DNA of 64,000 bases, from the IMG/VR virus record IMGVR_UViG_3300035698_019437, positions 64,001 through 128,000 of that record. One strand, given 5' to 3'. The DNA is from a virus. This document shows, one piece after another, positions 30,905 through 41,127 of this stretch. Numbering within the stretch: the stretch's first letter is position 1; the number at the start of each line of letters is the position of its first letter. The notes below the pieces were generated by a model, which made no database searches, was not told where the DNA came from, and saw nothing but the letters and a program-made list of their open reading frames with translations. The position numbers and the translations under genes are program-made.

Positions 30905-32440
30905 ATGACGGATAAACTCATTCTGCATGTAGGAAACACTTCCATTTCTATAGATGGGAAGTTCCCCAAGGGATTGTATAAGAACTTCAAACAATCTCTA
31001 GGTTATCGTCCTGAAGATGCTATATTTAGGATGAAGATGAGTCAAAATAAATCAGCCAAATCGGGTCGAAAGTGGGCTTGGGATGGTTATATAACTACAG
31101 TATGCTATAATAGGCATCATTGTAAATGTCCTATCAAAAAAGATGGTACCCATTTCCCAACAGGGCTTCTAGGAAAAGCCAGAGATTTCTTCCAGACATA
31201 CGAAATACCTTATCAATTTGTAGACGATAGAGTTAAAGTTGTAAGAAGCACTGGTATGACTATGAGTGATGATTTCGAGAGTCGCCCATATCAGCTAGAA
31301 GTAGTAAACAATGCCGTTAATAGCCAGAGAGGTATCATCAGAGCTTGTACAGGCAGCGGTAAGACCGCTATGGCGGCTCAAATCATAGCAAAGCTTGGTG
31401 TTTCCCCTTTTATATTTTATGTGCCTTCTATAGACCTTCTGATACAAGCAAGAGATGAATTGAGCAAGTTTATCGTTAAAAATGGAAGTAATCTTAAAGT
31501 AGGTGCAATCGGAGGCGGTTTTTTTGATATACAAGATGTAAATGTTATGACAATACAAACCGCAGTAAGAGCGACTGGTGAGAAATACATCAAGTTTGAT
31601 GAAGAAGAAAACAAGATAAATGATTTAGAAATTATAGATCAAAACAAAATCGACATACGTGATTTGATTATATCTGCTAAAGGCTGTATATGTGATGAAG
31701 TTCAGCATTGGGCTGCTGAAACTTGTCAGATTATATCTGATTATTCGTCTTCTTGTTATTACAAATACGGTATGTCTGCTACTCCTTGGAGAGATAAAGG
31801 AGATGACATATTAATAGATGCTTGTTTTGGTAAGCTAATAGCTGATATAAGTGCATCGTACTTAATCAAAGAAGGATTCTTAGTTAAGCCCAATATCTAT
31901 TTTGTTCCTATGAAACATCCTTCATATAAGGGACAAGTATATAGCTCGATTTATGAATCTGCTATTGTAGAGAATACGATGAGAAATAATTGTATTGCTT
32001 CGGTAGCTAAAAAGTTTGCGGATCAAGGAAGAACTGTTTTGGTTCTTTGTAGATATATAGCTCACGGTAAGACTTTGAATTCTTTAATGGATAACAGCGT
32101 TTTCTTGCATGGTAAACATAGTGGTTTAGAAAGAGAAGAACATCTTAATAAGATGAGATTACAGCAGGCTCCAATAACGATAGCAACTTCTATCTTCGAT
32201 GAAGGTATTGACTGTAGACCACTAGATACTCTTGTTTTAGCTGGTTCAGGCAAGTCTCAAACTAGAGCGTTGCAAAGAGTTGGACGTACTTTGAGACCAT
32301 TTCAAGGAAAAAACACGGCAATAATAGTTGATTTCGATGATAAGTGTAAATATTTATCTTCTCATAGCAAGAAGAGAAAAAAGATATATGAAACTGAAGA
32401 AGAATTTTACATAGAGAACCTGCAAATAGACAATGGCTAA
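30905..32440 (+). CDS. Superfamily 2 DExH DNA helicase (UvsW/XPB-like)
   Basis: RPYQ, ACTGSGKT, DEVQH, SATP, DEGID, QRVGR motifs. Confidence 0.9.
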   Translation: MTDKLILHVGNTSISIDGKFPKGLYKNFKQSLGYRPEDAIFRMKMSQNKSAKSGRKWAWDGYITTVCYNRHHCKCPIKKDGTHFPTGLLGKARDFFQTYEIPYQFVDDRVKVVRSTGMTMSDDFESRPYQLEVVNNAVNSQRGIIRACTGSGKTAMAAQIIAKLGVSPFIFYVPSIDLLIQARDELSKFIVKNGSNLKVGAIGGGFFDIQDVNVMTIQTAVRATGEKYIKFDEEENKINDLEIIDQNKIDIRDLIISAKGCICDEVQHWAAETCQIISDYSSSCYYKYGMSATPWRDKGDDILIDACFGKLIADISASYLIKEGFLVKPNIYFVPMKHPSYKGQVYSSIYESAIVENTMRNNCIASVAKKFADQGRTVLVLCRYIAHGKTLNSLMDNSVFLHGKHSGLEREEHLNKMRLQQAPITIATSIFDEGIDCRPLDTLVLAGSGKSQTRALQRVGRTLRPFQGKNTAIIVDFDDKCKYLSSHSKKRKKIYETEEEFYIENLQIDNG

Positions 32441-33557
32441 AATATATGATCAAACAGATTGTAACTTTGATACTGGGAAGATTACTAGACCTTTTATAAC
32501 TGAACTTATATATAGTATTAATCAGGTCAAGGCTATAACAAATCCATATGTAGGAAATAAGAGGAAGATTCTTTTCAAAATATTCCAGACTCTAAATAAT
32601 TACGAATTCGATTCCATGCTGGATTTGTTTAGTGGTAGCGCGTGTGTTTCAGTAGTTGCTAGACGTATGGGTAAAAAAGTAGTAGCTAATGATCTATTAG
32701 CTAGTTCTTGGGTATACGCAAAGAAGTTTTTGGAATGCGATGAGAAGCTTTCAGAACAAGAGAAAAAGTTTTTAATCTATAACGACAATAACTCAAGTTC
32801 TGATTTTGTATCTAAAAATTTTGGGGAACGATTCACGAAAAAGGAAAGTAAATTTCTAGACAATTATTATGCTAATATGGATACTCTTTTCAGAGTATCT
32901 AATGCGGCAAATTTTCCTAATTTATGTTCAAACAAAGCCATTACAGCTTTAGTATCTATACAGCTTTATATACTTGATAAGTGCTTTGTAGGTGGAAGAC
33001 TTAATCGCGGTCAAGTACTGGCTAAACTAGAACATAGAATTCAACACAAGAGGAACGATGGTTCTGAAATGTGTTTTCAAAAAATGGAGTGGTCTCATAT
33101 AGATCAGGATAACGAACACCAGTGTTTTGCTTATCGTATGGATGCAATAGAACTTTTGAAGAGCGATATTATAATTGAGTTTCAGCCAGAATTGGTTTAT
33201 ATAGACCCTCCCTATGGTGGTAGTCAGAGCGATTATGGAAACATGTATTCGTTTTTTGAGTCTTATTTGACTCAGAAGATGCCGGATGAATGGGACCATA
33301 TCAGCAAAGATTCGCTGAAAAAATTTGCGAATAAGAAAAATTATGAAGCCAATTTTGTAGAACTGATGAAAGGGACTCAATTTTCTCCTAGAGTTGCAAT
33401 TAGTTATAACGACTCTAGTTGGGCAGATATAGACAAGCTCAAGGAAATTATTTATGGATTTAGGAAAAAAGTGGAAGTTCATAGTATAGATTATGAGTAT
33501 AAGTACAGAGATAAGAAAAACAAATCAGGTACTGAGTACCTAATTGTGGCAACATAA
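32433..33557 (+). CDS. DNA adenine methyltransferase (D12/alpha class)
   Basis: PYVGNKRK, DLFSGS, ANDL, YIDPPY motifs in alpha-class order. Confidence 0.88.
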   Translation: MAKIYDQTDCNFDTGKITRPFITELIYSINQVKAITNPYVGNKRKILFKIFQTLNNYEFDSMLDLFSGSACVSVVARRMGKKVVANDLLASSWVYAKKFLECDEKLSEQEKKFLIYNDNNSSSDFVSKNFGERFTKKESKFLDNYYANMDTLFRVSNAANFPNLCSNKAITALVSIQLYILDKCFVGGRLNRGQVLAKLEHRIQHKRNDGSEMCFQKMEWSHIDQDNEHQCFAYRMDAIELLKSDIIIEFQPELVYIDPPYGGSQSDYGNMYSFFESYLTQKMPDEWDHISKDSLKKFANKKNYEANFVELMKGTQFSPRVAISYNDSSWADIDKLKEIIYGFRKKVEVHSIDYEYKYRDKKNKSGTEYLIVAT

Positions 33558-34408
33558 TGATGAATAAAAAAGAAGAAAAGAGCTTGTTGCTAGAAGCTTT
33601 GAAGGATTCTGGAATAGTAGGTAAAGAAGCTTCTATCAAGCAAGGTGTTTCGCTAGTGGGGAAAGTCAAAGGTGTTAGAACCATTGAATTCGGCAAAATC
33701 AAAAAGACAGGTTGGGAACTCAAGCCCGACTTGGCTAATTGGACTAATAGAGATTTTGCTATTTTTATTAGAGATAGGTACACATCTCAATACTCGAAAA
33801 ACTGGGAACTGAATACTCTTGGTGTTACTAGTTATATGGGACGAATCAAGGAAACATTGGTCAATTCTTTAGATTTCTGTGACAATATAGTTCTTAAAGA
33901 TTATATTGAATTTTATTTTGATAGGTGGTCTGACAAGTTTTTAAGAGATTCTTTTTCAGTTCATCCTATGAGATTTGATACTCCAATAAAAGATTTTGTT
34001 CAACAATATGATTACAAAGCTAGAGTTAGAGAATATGTCAGGAATAGAAATGATTATATAGAAGTAAAGAGCGATAATCTGTCGGCTAAGGATATAGAAA
34101 GTGCTTATCTATTAGGCGAAGAAGCATTTGTTATGTCTTGTGGGATTATCGTTTCAGTTAATTGGTTAGCCTGTAAACAGAATATGTCTGTACTAGAAGC
34201 CGTTGATTATGTCTGTTCAATTTTGAAGGATATATCTGTTGAGAATGGTGTAACGACTGTATTAGAAGCTACTCTTATGCATTCTCCGTATTCAACTGAA
34301 TGGCTATTTAAGGATGTAGAGACGCTTTTGTTAAAATGTAGCATTAACCCCTCAAAAGATTTTTTGGAGAGTATTAAGTTCAATGAAAAATGTAATATTA
34401 AATTCTAG
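33557..34408 (+). CDS. Hypothetical protein (283 aa)
   Basis: Long coupled ORF; no recognised motif. Confidence 0.7.
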   Translation: MMNKKEEKSLLLEALKDSGIVGKEASIKQGVSLVGKVKGVRTIEFGKIKKTGWELKPDLANWTNRDFAIFIRDRYTSQYSKNWELNTLGVTSYMGRIKETLVNSLDFCDNIVLKDYIEFYFDRWSDKFLRDSFSVHPMRFDTPIKDFVQQYDYKARVREYVRNRNDYIEVKSDNLSAKDIESAYLLGEEAFVMSCGIIVSVNWLACKQNMSVLEAVDYVCSILKDISVENGVTTVLEATLMHSPYSTEWLFKDVETLLLKCSINPSKDFLESIKFNEKCNIKF

Positions 34409-34423
34409 GGAGCAACATTAGAA

Positions 34424-34918
34424 ATGTCGCAAGAAATTAGAGTTAACACTCGTATCCGTGCATCATTGGTTATGCTTATCGATTCGTTAGGTGAAAACAA
34501 AGGAACAGTAAATAGAGATCAAGCTATCTCTATGGCTGAAGTAGAATGTTTGGACCTTATCCAAATGTCATATCCAGAAAATGGTCAACCGCCGGTGTGT
34601 AAAATCATGGATTATGGTAAATATAAATACAAGCAATCTAAGAAATCTAAGAACAAACCTGAGAGCGTGAAAGAAATAAGAGTAAGCTATAAGATAGCTG
34701 ATCATGATTTGGGTGTTAAGATTAAGAAGGTAAAACAGTTTCTTAGTAAAAATCATAAAGTACGCATGGTAATGATGTTAAGAGGACGTGAAAAACATCT
34801 TCATGCAGCAGCAGCAGAACGCTTCAAAGGCATGTTGAAAAAGTTTGACGACGATGCATCTTGGGATAATGTAAGTACATCAAGTAATCAAGTTTTTGTT
34901 GTGCTAAATCCTAAGTAA
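34424..34918 (+). CDS. infC: Translation initiation factor IF-3
   Basis: RVN..IRA..V.LID..GE..G, PPVCKIMDYGKYKY, VKEIR..I..HDL..K..FL..HKV....LRGRE. Confidence 0.93.
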   Translation: MSQEIRVNTRIRASLVMLIDSLGENKGTVNRDQAISMAEVECLDLIQMSYPENGQPPVCKIMDYGKYKYKQSKKSKNKPESVKEIRVSYKIADHDLGVKIKKVKQFLSKNHKVRMVMMLRGREKHLHAAAAERFKGMLKKFDDDASWDNVSTSSNQVFVVLNPK

Positions 34919-34937
34919 TACTTCTGAAGGAGATGTA

Positions 34938-36659
34938 ATGCCGATTAAGACGAAAGTAGAAAAAGCCACAGTCAAATCGCAAACGAAAGCAACAAAGCCT
35001 GTTACGGCAAAACAAGAGCATGAAGAAACTCTTGAAGCTATGGCTACACCTGAATTCTCAGATAACCTCATGGCTCTGTTGAAAATCAGGTCTCCTATTA
35101 TTTATCTCACGGTTAATGAAGAGAAAAGGATGCTTAATTACTTCAAGCATCTTTCCATTGCAAAGGGTTACAGAACATCAAAATGGGACTGCTATCTTGG
35201 TTTGTTGGATTTGATTAGTGACCAGAAAAGTAAAGCTAGTACGGATGATATTAAAGAACCAGAAGTTATCCTAGAGAAGATTATAGAACAGGCCCAACAA
35301 GATATCAAAAATCAAGAAGCTATGACATCTGATGGATATAAGGGAAATATCTATATCCTATTGGACTTCCATAGATTTATTGAAGATGCGGATTCAGGTA
35401 TTGAAAGAAGACTCAAGGAATTATGTAATATAGAGTCTATGACTACAGTTATTATAACTGGTCCTCATTTCGAAACGACTCCTGCGTTGGAAAATAGTTT
35501 TGCGGTATTAGATTTCCCGTATCCTAATAGAAAAGAAATCGGAAGTGCTTTATATACGTTGGTTAATTCCGAGAACATTCAAGCAAAATTACCGAAGCTA
35601 GCAAAGGTAGCAAAAGCCAGAGAGAATGAACTAATCAATGCTGCCAGTGGATTGACTTTGAATGAGGCTCAAACAGCATATTCAAAGTCTGTTGTTATGC
35701 ACAGAGATTTTGATATTTCTACTATCCTTAATGAGAAGCAGCAGATCATCCGTAAAAAGGGAATCCTTGAATTCTACAAAACCAACGTAAAAATCGAAGA
35801 TGTTGGTGGTTTAAAAAGGATGATACGTTGGTTTGAAAGACGCCGACTCGCGTTCCACCCAGATGCTAAGGAATATGGTTTGAGATATCCAAGAGGCGCA
35901 TTGTTTATCGGAATGCCGGGTTGTGGAAAATCCTTAACGGCAAAGGCGATTGCATCAATGTATGAGATGCCTTTGCTTAGACTCGATTTTGGAAGGTTGT
36001 TTAATTCTCTTGTTGGAGAGTCTGAGAAAACCGCTAGAGATGCGATTAAGCTCGCAGAAACAATATCGCCGTGTATTCTTTGGTGCGATGAAATAGAAAA
36101 GGGATTAGCTGGTGCTAAGTCTAGTGGACAAACAGATGGTGGAACTACAAGTAGGGTTATATCAACTTTCTTGACTTGGTTGCAAGAAAAGGAAACGCCT
36201 GTATTTGTTGTTTGTACCGCGAACGATCATATGCAAATACCTCCTGAGTTTATGAGAGCAGGTAGATTTGATGAAGTATTCTTCGTAGACCTCCCTGACG
36301 TAGATGAGAGAGAACAAATTACAAATGTACTTTTGCGTAAATTCGGTAGAGATTCAGAAAAATTCAATGCTAGAAAGATTGCTTTGGCTAGCGATAGCTA
36401 TAGCGGTGCAGAAATAGAAAAAGCTATTGAATGCGCAATGTTTGAAGGTTTTAATGATGGTAAGAGAGAGATTCTTGAAAAAGATATTATAGATGCGCTT
36501 AATGAATTTGAACCTCTTAGTGCTACTCGTTCTGATGTGTTCGATAGTATGAGAGAATGGGCGCACAGTTATTGTGTTTTAGCTAATGGGAGTGACAAAA
36601 ATTTTCCCAAGGCTAAAGTCTCTTCTAAGAAAAAGAAAGCAAATATAGATTTAGAATAA
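34938..36659 (+). CDS. Ycf46/SpoVK-like AAA+ ATPase
   Basis: Degenerate N-terminal AAA module (RSPIIY..EEKR), EKQQIIRK.GILE, DVGGL, GMPGCGKS, LWCDEIEK, RAGRFDE..FVDLP; AAGGAG RBS. Confidence 0.88.
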   Translation: MPIKTKVEKATVKSQTKATKPVTAKQEHEETLEAMATPEFSDNLMALLKIRSPIIYLTVNEEKRMLNYFKHLSIAKGYRTSKWDCYLGLLDLISDQKSKASTDDIKEPEVILEKIIEQAQQDIKNQEAMTSDGYKGNIYILLDFHRFIEDADSGIERRLKELCNIESMTTVIITGPHFETTPALENSFAVLDFPYPNRKEIGSALYTLVNSENIQAKLPKLAKVAKARENELINAASGLTLNEAQTAYSKSVVMHRDFDISTILNEKQQIIRKKGILEFYKTNVKIEDVGGLKRMIRWFERRRLAFHPDAKEYGLRYPRGALFIGMPGCGKSLTAKAIASMYEMPLLRLDFGRLFNSLVGESEKTARDAIKLAETISPCILWCDEIEKGLAGAKSSGQTDGGTTSRVISTFLTWLQEKETPVFVVCTANDHMQIPPEFMRAGRFDEVFFVDLPDVDEREQITNVLLRKFGRDSEKFNARKIALASDSYSGAEIEKAIECAMFEGFNDGKREILEKDIIDALNEFEPLSATRSDVFDSMREWAHSYCVLANGSDKNFPKAKVSSKKKKANIDLE

Positions 36660-37510
36660 TGGAAGATATCACTAAATTAAGAGAGTTGCTGGAAAAGAAA
36701 TACGCTAAGAAGTTTTGTGATATAGATGATATTTCTAAATGCCCTCATGGTGATAAGTGTACGTGTAAAATAGCTGCTGAAATTAAAGCATATTTGTATA
36801 CTATTATTCCATCTTCTTTTAGAAATCTTACGTTATCAGATTTTGATGGTCGTAATGGAGATGGGAAGCAGCTTATTTCTGATGGGGTTGCTCTGAAAGC
36901 AAAGAAAAAGATTCTTAGCTATTGTTGGAAAGATGTATCCTTGAATAATCTAGTTGGTCCTAAAAAACTTACAACGGATCAGTTGGACTCTTATTCTATT
37001 ATAGATAACAGGAGATATTCTGGTGATAACGTTGTTATTTATACAGATTCTCCTACTCAAAGTAAAGGGTTGACTGGTAAAGGGAAAACTATGGTAGCTT
37101 CTTTGATTATGAAAGAAGCTATAAAAAGACGATCTTCGCCAAAACATAGTTCTGATACATATGAGTGGATTTCATTTAGAAGTTTGTTGCAAAAAATCAA
37201 GTTAGAAGATAGGGGAGATAGATATATCAATCTCTCGGATATAAAGTTTTGTGACTGGCTTGTTGTAGATGATATACCAGACGATTTCGGAAGGACCGTA
37301 AAAGGTCAGGATTATATTTCTTCTATATTAGACCCATTCTTTTCAGATAGATATACTGCTAGACTTCCAACCATATTCGTATTCAAATTTGATATTATGC
37401 AACCATCGGTTGAGATAGAAAGAAGTTTCGGTATATCAATTGGAAAAGTTGTACAAGATTCTCATACTACATTAATACCTCTGTGCGAATATAATAATGA
37501 TAACGGATAA
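36659..37510 (+). CDS. DnaC/DnaI-like helicase loader ATPase
   Basis: Cys-rich N-terminus, IP..F...TL.DF, GKGKT Walker A, WLVVDD Walker B, R....LPTI; directly upstream of DnaB. Confidence 0.72.
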   Translation: MEDITKLRELLEKKYAKKFCDIDDISKCPHGDKCTCKIAAEIKAYLYTIIPSSFRNLTLSDFDGRNGDGKQLISDGVALKAKKKILSYCWKDVSLNNLVGPKKLTTDQLDSYSIIDNRRYSGDNVVIYTDSPTQSKGLTGKGKTMVASLIMKEAIKRRSSPKHSSDTYEWISFRSLLQKIKLEDRGDRYINLSDIKFCDWLVVDDIPDDFGRTVKGQDYISSILDPFFSDRYTARLPTIFVFKFDIMQPSVEIERSFGISIGKVVQDSHTTLIPLCEYNNDNG

Positions 37511-38984
37511 ACAGAAAATAGACATCGAAAGAGACTTTATAGCTTTACTTTTGAAGCATAAAGATTTGGTATCAGAATGGATTGAAGGTGGACCTTCTAC
37601 AGACTTTTTCGATGAAACACATCACTTATTATTGTACGCTATCATGTCAGCCTACAATAATAATGCATTACTGACTTTAAGAGGTTTAAGAGGATTCTTA
37701 ACTGTTCAATCTTCTAGCAAATTAAATAATCTAGCTCATGAAAAAGAATTCAACTTAGCTAATATGGCTTTTGTTGGTAAAGATGATTTTCATGTGTTGC
37801 GTACTAAAATTACAGAAGCGCACGTTTCAAAGAACTCGATAGATGCTATTCAGAATTTTAGGAATGACTTGGGTTCTAAAGGGGCGATGTTTGCTGTTAA
37901 GAAGTTAGAAGATAGTCTGTCTAGTCTTGTGCTTAATACGGAAGTGCAGAAACCTATCGTTTATGAGTCTTTGATGGATTATATGCCAGAGTTTATGCAT
38001 CTTCTTGAAGCAAGGAAGGATGGCAACGGCGAAGAAATCATTTCTTGCGGAATCAAGGAAATAGATTATGCGATGGTTGTAGGGTTCGCTCCCGGTACTT
38101 TGACTTTGTTTTGTGCAGATGTAGGCGGATATAAAAGCACGATGATGCTTAACATAGCCGTGAACATTTGGAAGAAATCAAAGAAGAACGTTTTGTTCGT
38201 ACCTCTAGAAATGCCAAAAGACAAAATCGCAGAAAAAATACTTTCTAGAGAAACAGGTATTCCGTTCGAAAGGTTTGAGCATAGTGAACAACTAACCGAT
38301 GATGATTGGAAAAAAATCAAAGAGTTTAGTGAAGAGAGAAAAAATTGGGATCATAAGTTGTTTATTATGGATGCACCTGAACGTATTCCAGTATCTGTTA
38401 TTCGTAGAGAAATAGAAAAGCATATAGATATATTCCAACCCAACTTAGTGGTTGTAGATTACATAGCAAACTTGATTCCTGATAAAAGATATAGAAATGA
38501 CAGAAACGACTTGCAAATTGGTGAGATGTTGAAAGACTTGAGACATATGGGAAGGGTTAATAGTATTTCTAAGAAGGGCTTTGCGATTGTATCTGCTGCT
38601 CAAATAGGTAGAGAGGGATTAAAGCGAGTAAGAAAGCTAGGTGCAGGTAAGAGTACATTCTATTCAGAAGATTTGAGAGGTAGTCATGAATACGCTGCTG
38701 ATGCGGATAATATATTCGGACAAATGGAAGACCCCTCTCAGCCTACTTCTAATTTACAGCTAGTTGTTATTAAAGCGAGATACGGAAGAAAGACTTTTTC
38801 TGATGGAAAAGTTAAATCCATATTGGATATCAAACCAGAGATTGCTTTAATTCAAAGTAAAGATGAGGCATGGCTTAATTCAGAACAAGCTCAAGCTAAC
38901 ATCCTTACCAAAGTAGATACTCCTGACGAGGATTGGGATATACAGATAGATTCTCCTGATTTTGGAGTAGATGGACAGATATGA
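37497..38984 (+). CDS. dnaB: Replicative DNA helicase DnaB-like
   Basis: SCGIKEID..GF.PG.L, variant Walker A ADVGGYKS, LEM, VVDY, AAQIGR, DADN, KARYG. Confidence 0.88.
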   Translation: MITDKQKIDIERDFIALLLKHKDLVSEWIEGGPSTDFFDETHHLLLYAIMSAYNNNALLTLRGLRGFLTVQSSSKLNNLAHEKEFNLANMAFVGKDDFHVLRTKITEAHVSKNSIDAIQNFRNDLGSKGAMFAVKKLEDSLSSLVLNTEVQKPIVYESLMDYMPEFMHLLEARKDGNGEEIISCGIKEIDYAMVVGFAPGTLTLFCADVGGYKSTMMLNIAVNIWKKSKKNVLFVPLEMPKDKIAEKILSRETGIPFERFEHSEQLTDDDWKKIKEFSEERKNWDHKLFIMDAPERIPVSVIRREIEKHIDIFQPNLVVVDYIANLIPDKRYRNDRNDLQIGEMLKDLRHMGRVNSISKKGFAIVSAAQIGREGLKRVRKLGAGKSTFYSEDLRGSHEYAADADNIFGQMEDPSQPTSNLQLVVIKARYGRKTFSDGKVKSILDIKPEIALIQSKDEAWLNSEQAQANILTKVDTPDEDWDIQIDSPDFGVDGQI

Positions 38985-39649
38985 GCAAAGCAAATAAATA
39001 TCTTATAGATCAGATAAGAAAGAAACATAAGATAACTGAGTTCTTAGCGTCTAAGAATATACAGCCAAAGAATATAGGAGATCGTAGAATAGGCTACGTG
39101 TGTCCAATACATAATGATAGTCAACCTTCTTTCTTTGTATATACAGACCCTGGAACATATGAAAACTATTTTTGTTTTGGATGCAAAAGTTTTGGTGACA
39201 TTATATCTTTGTATGCAGCTATGGAAAAAGTGTCGTGGTTAGAAGCTATAAACATACTAGGAAAGGGTATGACGGTTTCTGACGACCATAGACTTGATGT
39301 AACTATAGATGAAATCAAAAAAGAGATATCAGACATACATGAAGATAAACAAGATAATAAGTTTGGTGAGTTTTCTTTGTTAATATCTGTAATGGGTAAT
39401 AACCATGCCAGAAAGACCGAACAAGATAAAGCAGAGTTAGAATTACTAGAACAGTTATACCAGAGAATAGACAAAATGGTTCATGAATACAACATAGACG
39501 AATTACAAGAGATGTACGAATACATAACTGGTAATAACAGTTTAGGAAGAAATGCATTTGAATACCGTATGTCTATATGGTATTGTAAGCAGCAAGAGAA
39601 ATTGAAGAAAGAACTTCATATGGAAAACGTTTTTAATGAAGATGGTTAA
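38981..39649 (+). CDS. Stand-alone DnaG-type CHC2 zinc-finger (primase zinc-binding domain) with helical C-terminal region
   Basis: CPIHNDSQPSF..YFCFGC..GDII...E..S..EA matches the DnaG ZBD; no TOPRIM domain follows. Confidence 0.85.
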   Translation: MSKANKYLIDQIRKKHKITEFLASKNIQPKNIGDRRIGYVCPIHNDSQPSFFVYTDPGTYENYFCFGCKSFGDIISLYAAMEKVSWLEAINILGKGMTVSDDHRLDVTIDEIKKEISDIHEDKQDNKFGEFSLLISVMGNNHARKTEQDKAELELLEQLYQRIDKMVHEYNIDELQEMYEYITGNNSLGRNAFEYRMSIWYCKQQEKLKKELHMENVFNEDG

Positions 39650-40376
39650 AAAACTTAGAAATCCCATAGACTTAGAAATAATACAACGTATATATGACAT
39701 GTACGTTGAAAAGGCGTATTTAGAAACCCAATTTCAAACGGATATAGATTTATACAAAATATCCGATGAACTGGAAATGGATTGCAGACAGCTATATGAA
39801 AGATTGAAAATATGTGATTATAAATTTTCAATAAAAGGGTATAGGCATAAGTTTATGCCTTCTTATCATAAGGATGAGAAACTTCCTTCTAAACAGCAGA
39901 AGGGACATAAAGGAAAGCATAATTTGAGATTTCCTTTAGTAGAATATGCGTTGGCTAAATTGAAAGCAGAGTACCGTACAACAAATTTATTGGATAGAGC
40001 TAATGAAAATCAGATTAAGACGAATAACAAACAAAATAAAATTAGTATTACGATTAAAAAATGCACGATAGCAATGGTATGTTTTACGGCGTTAATGTTT
40101 GTCTGTATGATTTCTAATGTAGTAATATCTGTTATGGATTATAAGAAGGATAATATTCATCTCCCCTGTAGTAATATAGGAGAGGTGAATAAAAATGGCA
40201 TTGAATATAACAGAGAAAGAATTACGGAGTTTATACGTCGATCAGAATTTATCGAGTTATCAAATAGCAAAAATATACAACACGAAAGGACAGTCGATAC
40301 AGTATTATATCCGGAAATTTGGTATCCCTATGAAGCAAAGAAATGGAAAGTACCAAGTACCATTCCGAGTAAATGA
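39636..40376 (+). CDS. Hypothetical protein with a probable transmembrane segment
   Basis: Hydrophobic stretch CTIAMVCFTALMFVCMISNVVISVM; 3' end overlaps the endonuclease gene by 182 nt. Confidence 0.55.
   Translation: MKMVKKLRNPIDLEIIQRIYDMYVEKAYLETQFQTDIDLYKISDELEMDCRQLYERLKICDYKFSIKGYRHKFMPSYHKDEKLPSKQQKGHKGKHNLRFPLVEYALAKLKAEYRTTNLLDRANENQIKTNNKQNKISITIKKCTIAMVCFTALMFVCMISNVVISVMDYKKDNIHLPCSNIGEVNKNGIEYNRERITEFIRRSEFIELSNSKNIQHERTVDTVLYPEIWYPYEAKKWKVPSTIPSK
40154..40191 (+). promoter_or_regulatory. RBS-sequestering RNA hairpin upstream of the homing endonuclease
   Basis: tattcatctcccctgta-GTAA-tataggagaggtgaata: 17-position stem with 1 mismatch and 2 G:U pairs, GNRA loop; the 3' arm contains the SD GGAGAGGTG; ATG at 40195. 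Confidence 0.8.
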
Positions 40377-41127
40377 AAAATACTTTTTAAAATGGTCATA
40401 TAATATGGCATATGTTTTAGGCTATATTGCCGCAGATGGTTGTGTTAGACCAGATAAATATGAACTCAAATTGAAATCTATAGATTATGAGTTACTTGAA
40501 TTTGTTAGAGATCAACTTTCTTCTAATTATGATATAAAGAAAGAAAAAAACTCTTCCTGCTATGTTTTGTATTTATATGGTAAAAAGCTTGTTTCAAGTT
40601 TAGTACAATTAGGGATACATCATAGAAAGACTTATAGCCTTGAAATGCCGGATATTCCGGATAAATATTTTTGGGATTTTTTAAGAGGGTATGTCGATGG
40701 AGATGGCTGTATACAGGTGTCAGAACACAATAGAAGCATATCAATAGGTATTGTTAGTACTAAGAAATTTTTAAATGATGTTTTAAAAGAATTGCATGAT
40801 CGCATTGGATGCAAAAAGTACGTTTTGAATTGTAATATGAAATCAAAAGTCAATGCGTCTGTTAACATATATGGACGACATGCTTATAATGCTATGAAGC
40901 ACATGTACGATAATAAAAGATTTGCGATTAGCAGGAAAAAATATGTAGTAAAAAAAGCTCTTAAGGTATACAAAAATACTATTAAGTGTAAGTTGTGTAA
41001 TAAGACAATAGACTTTGCTCATAAAAATCGCAAGTTTTGTAAAAAGTGTTCTTATGAAAGAAATAAAGAAATATGGAGTCAACATGGCAAAGACTGGTAT
41101 AAGAATCATGAAAGAATACGAAAATAA
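40195..41127 (+). mobile_element. Free-standing LAGLIDADG homing endonuclease with N-terminal HTH and C-terminal CxxC pairs
   Basis: YVLGYIAADG and FLRGYVDGDG motifs; LRSLYVDQNLSS..IA HTH; CKLC..CKKC. Confidence 0.9.

Noticed and set aside
34406-34424. TAG read-through fusing the 283-aa protein to IF3 (same frame)
   Set aside because: IF3 has its own GGGAG RBS and ATG; in-frame spacing occurs by chance one time in three.
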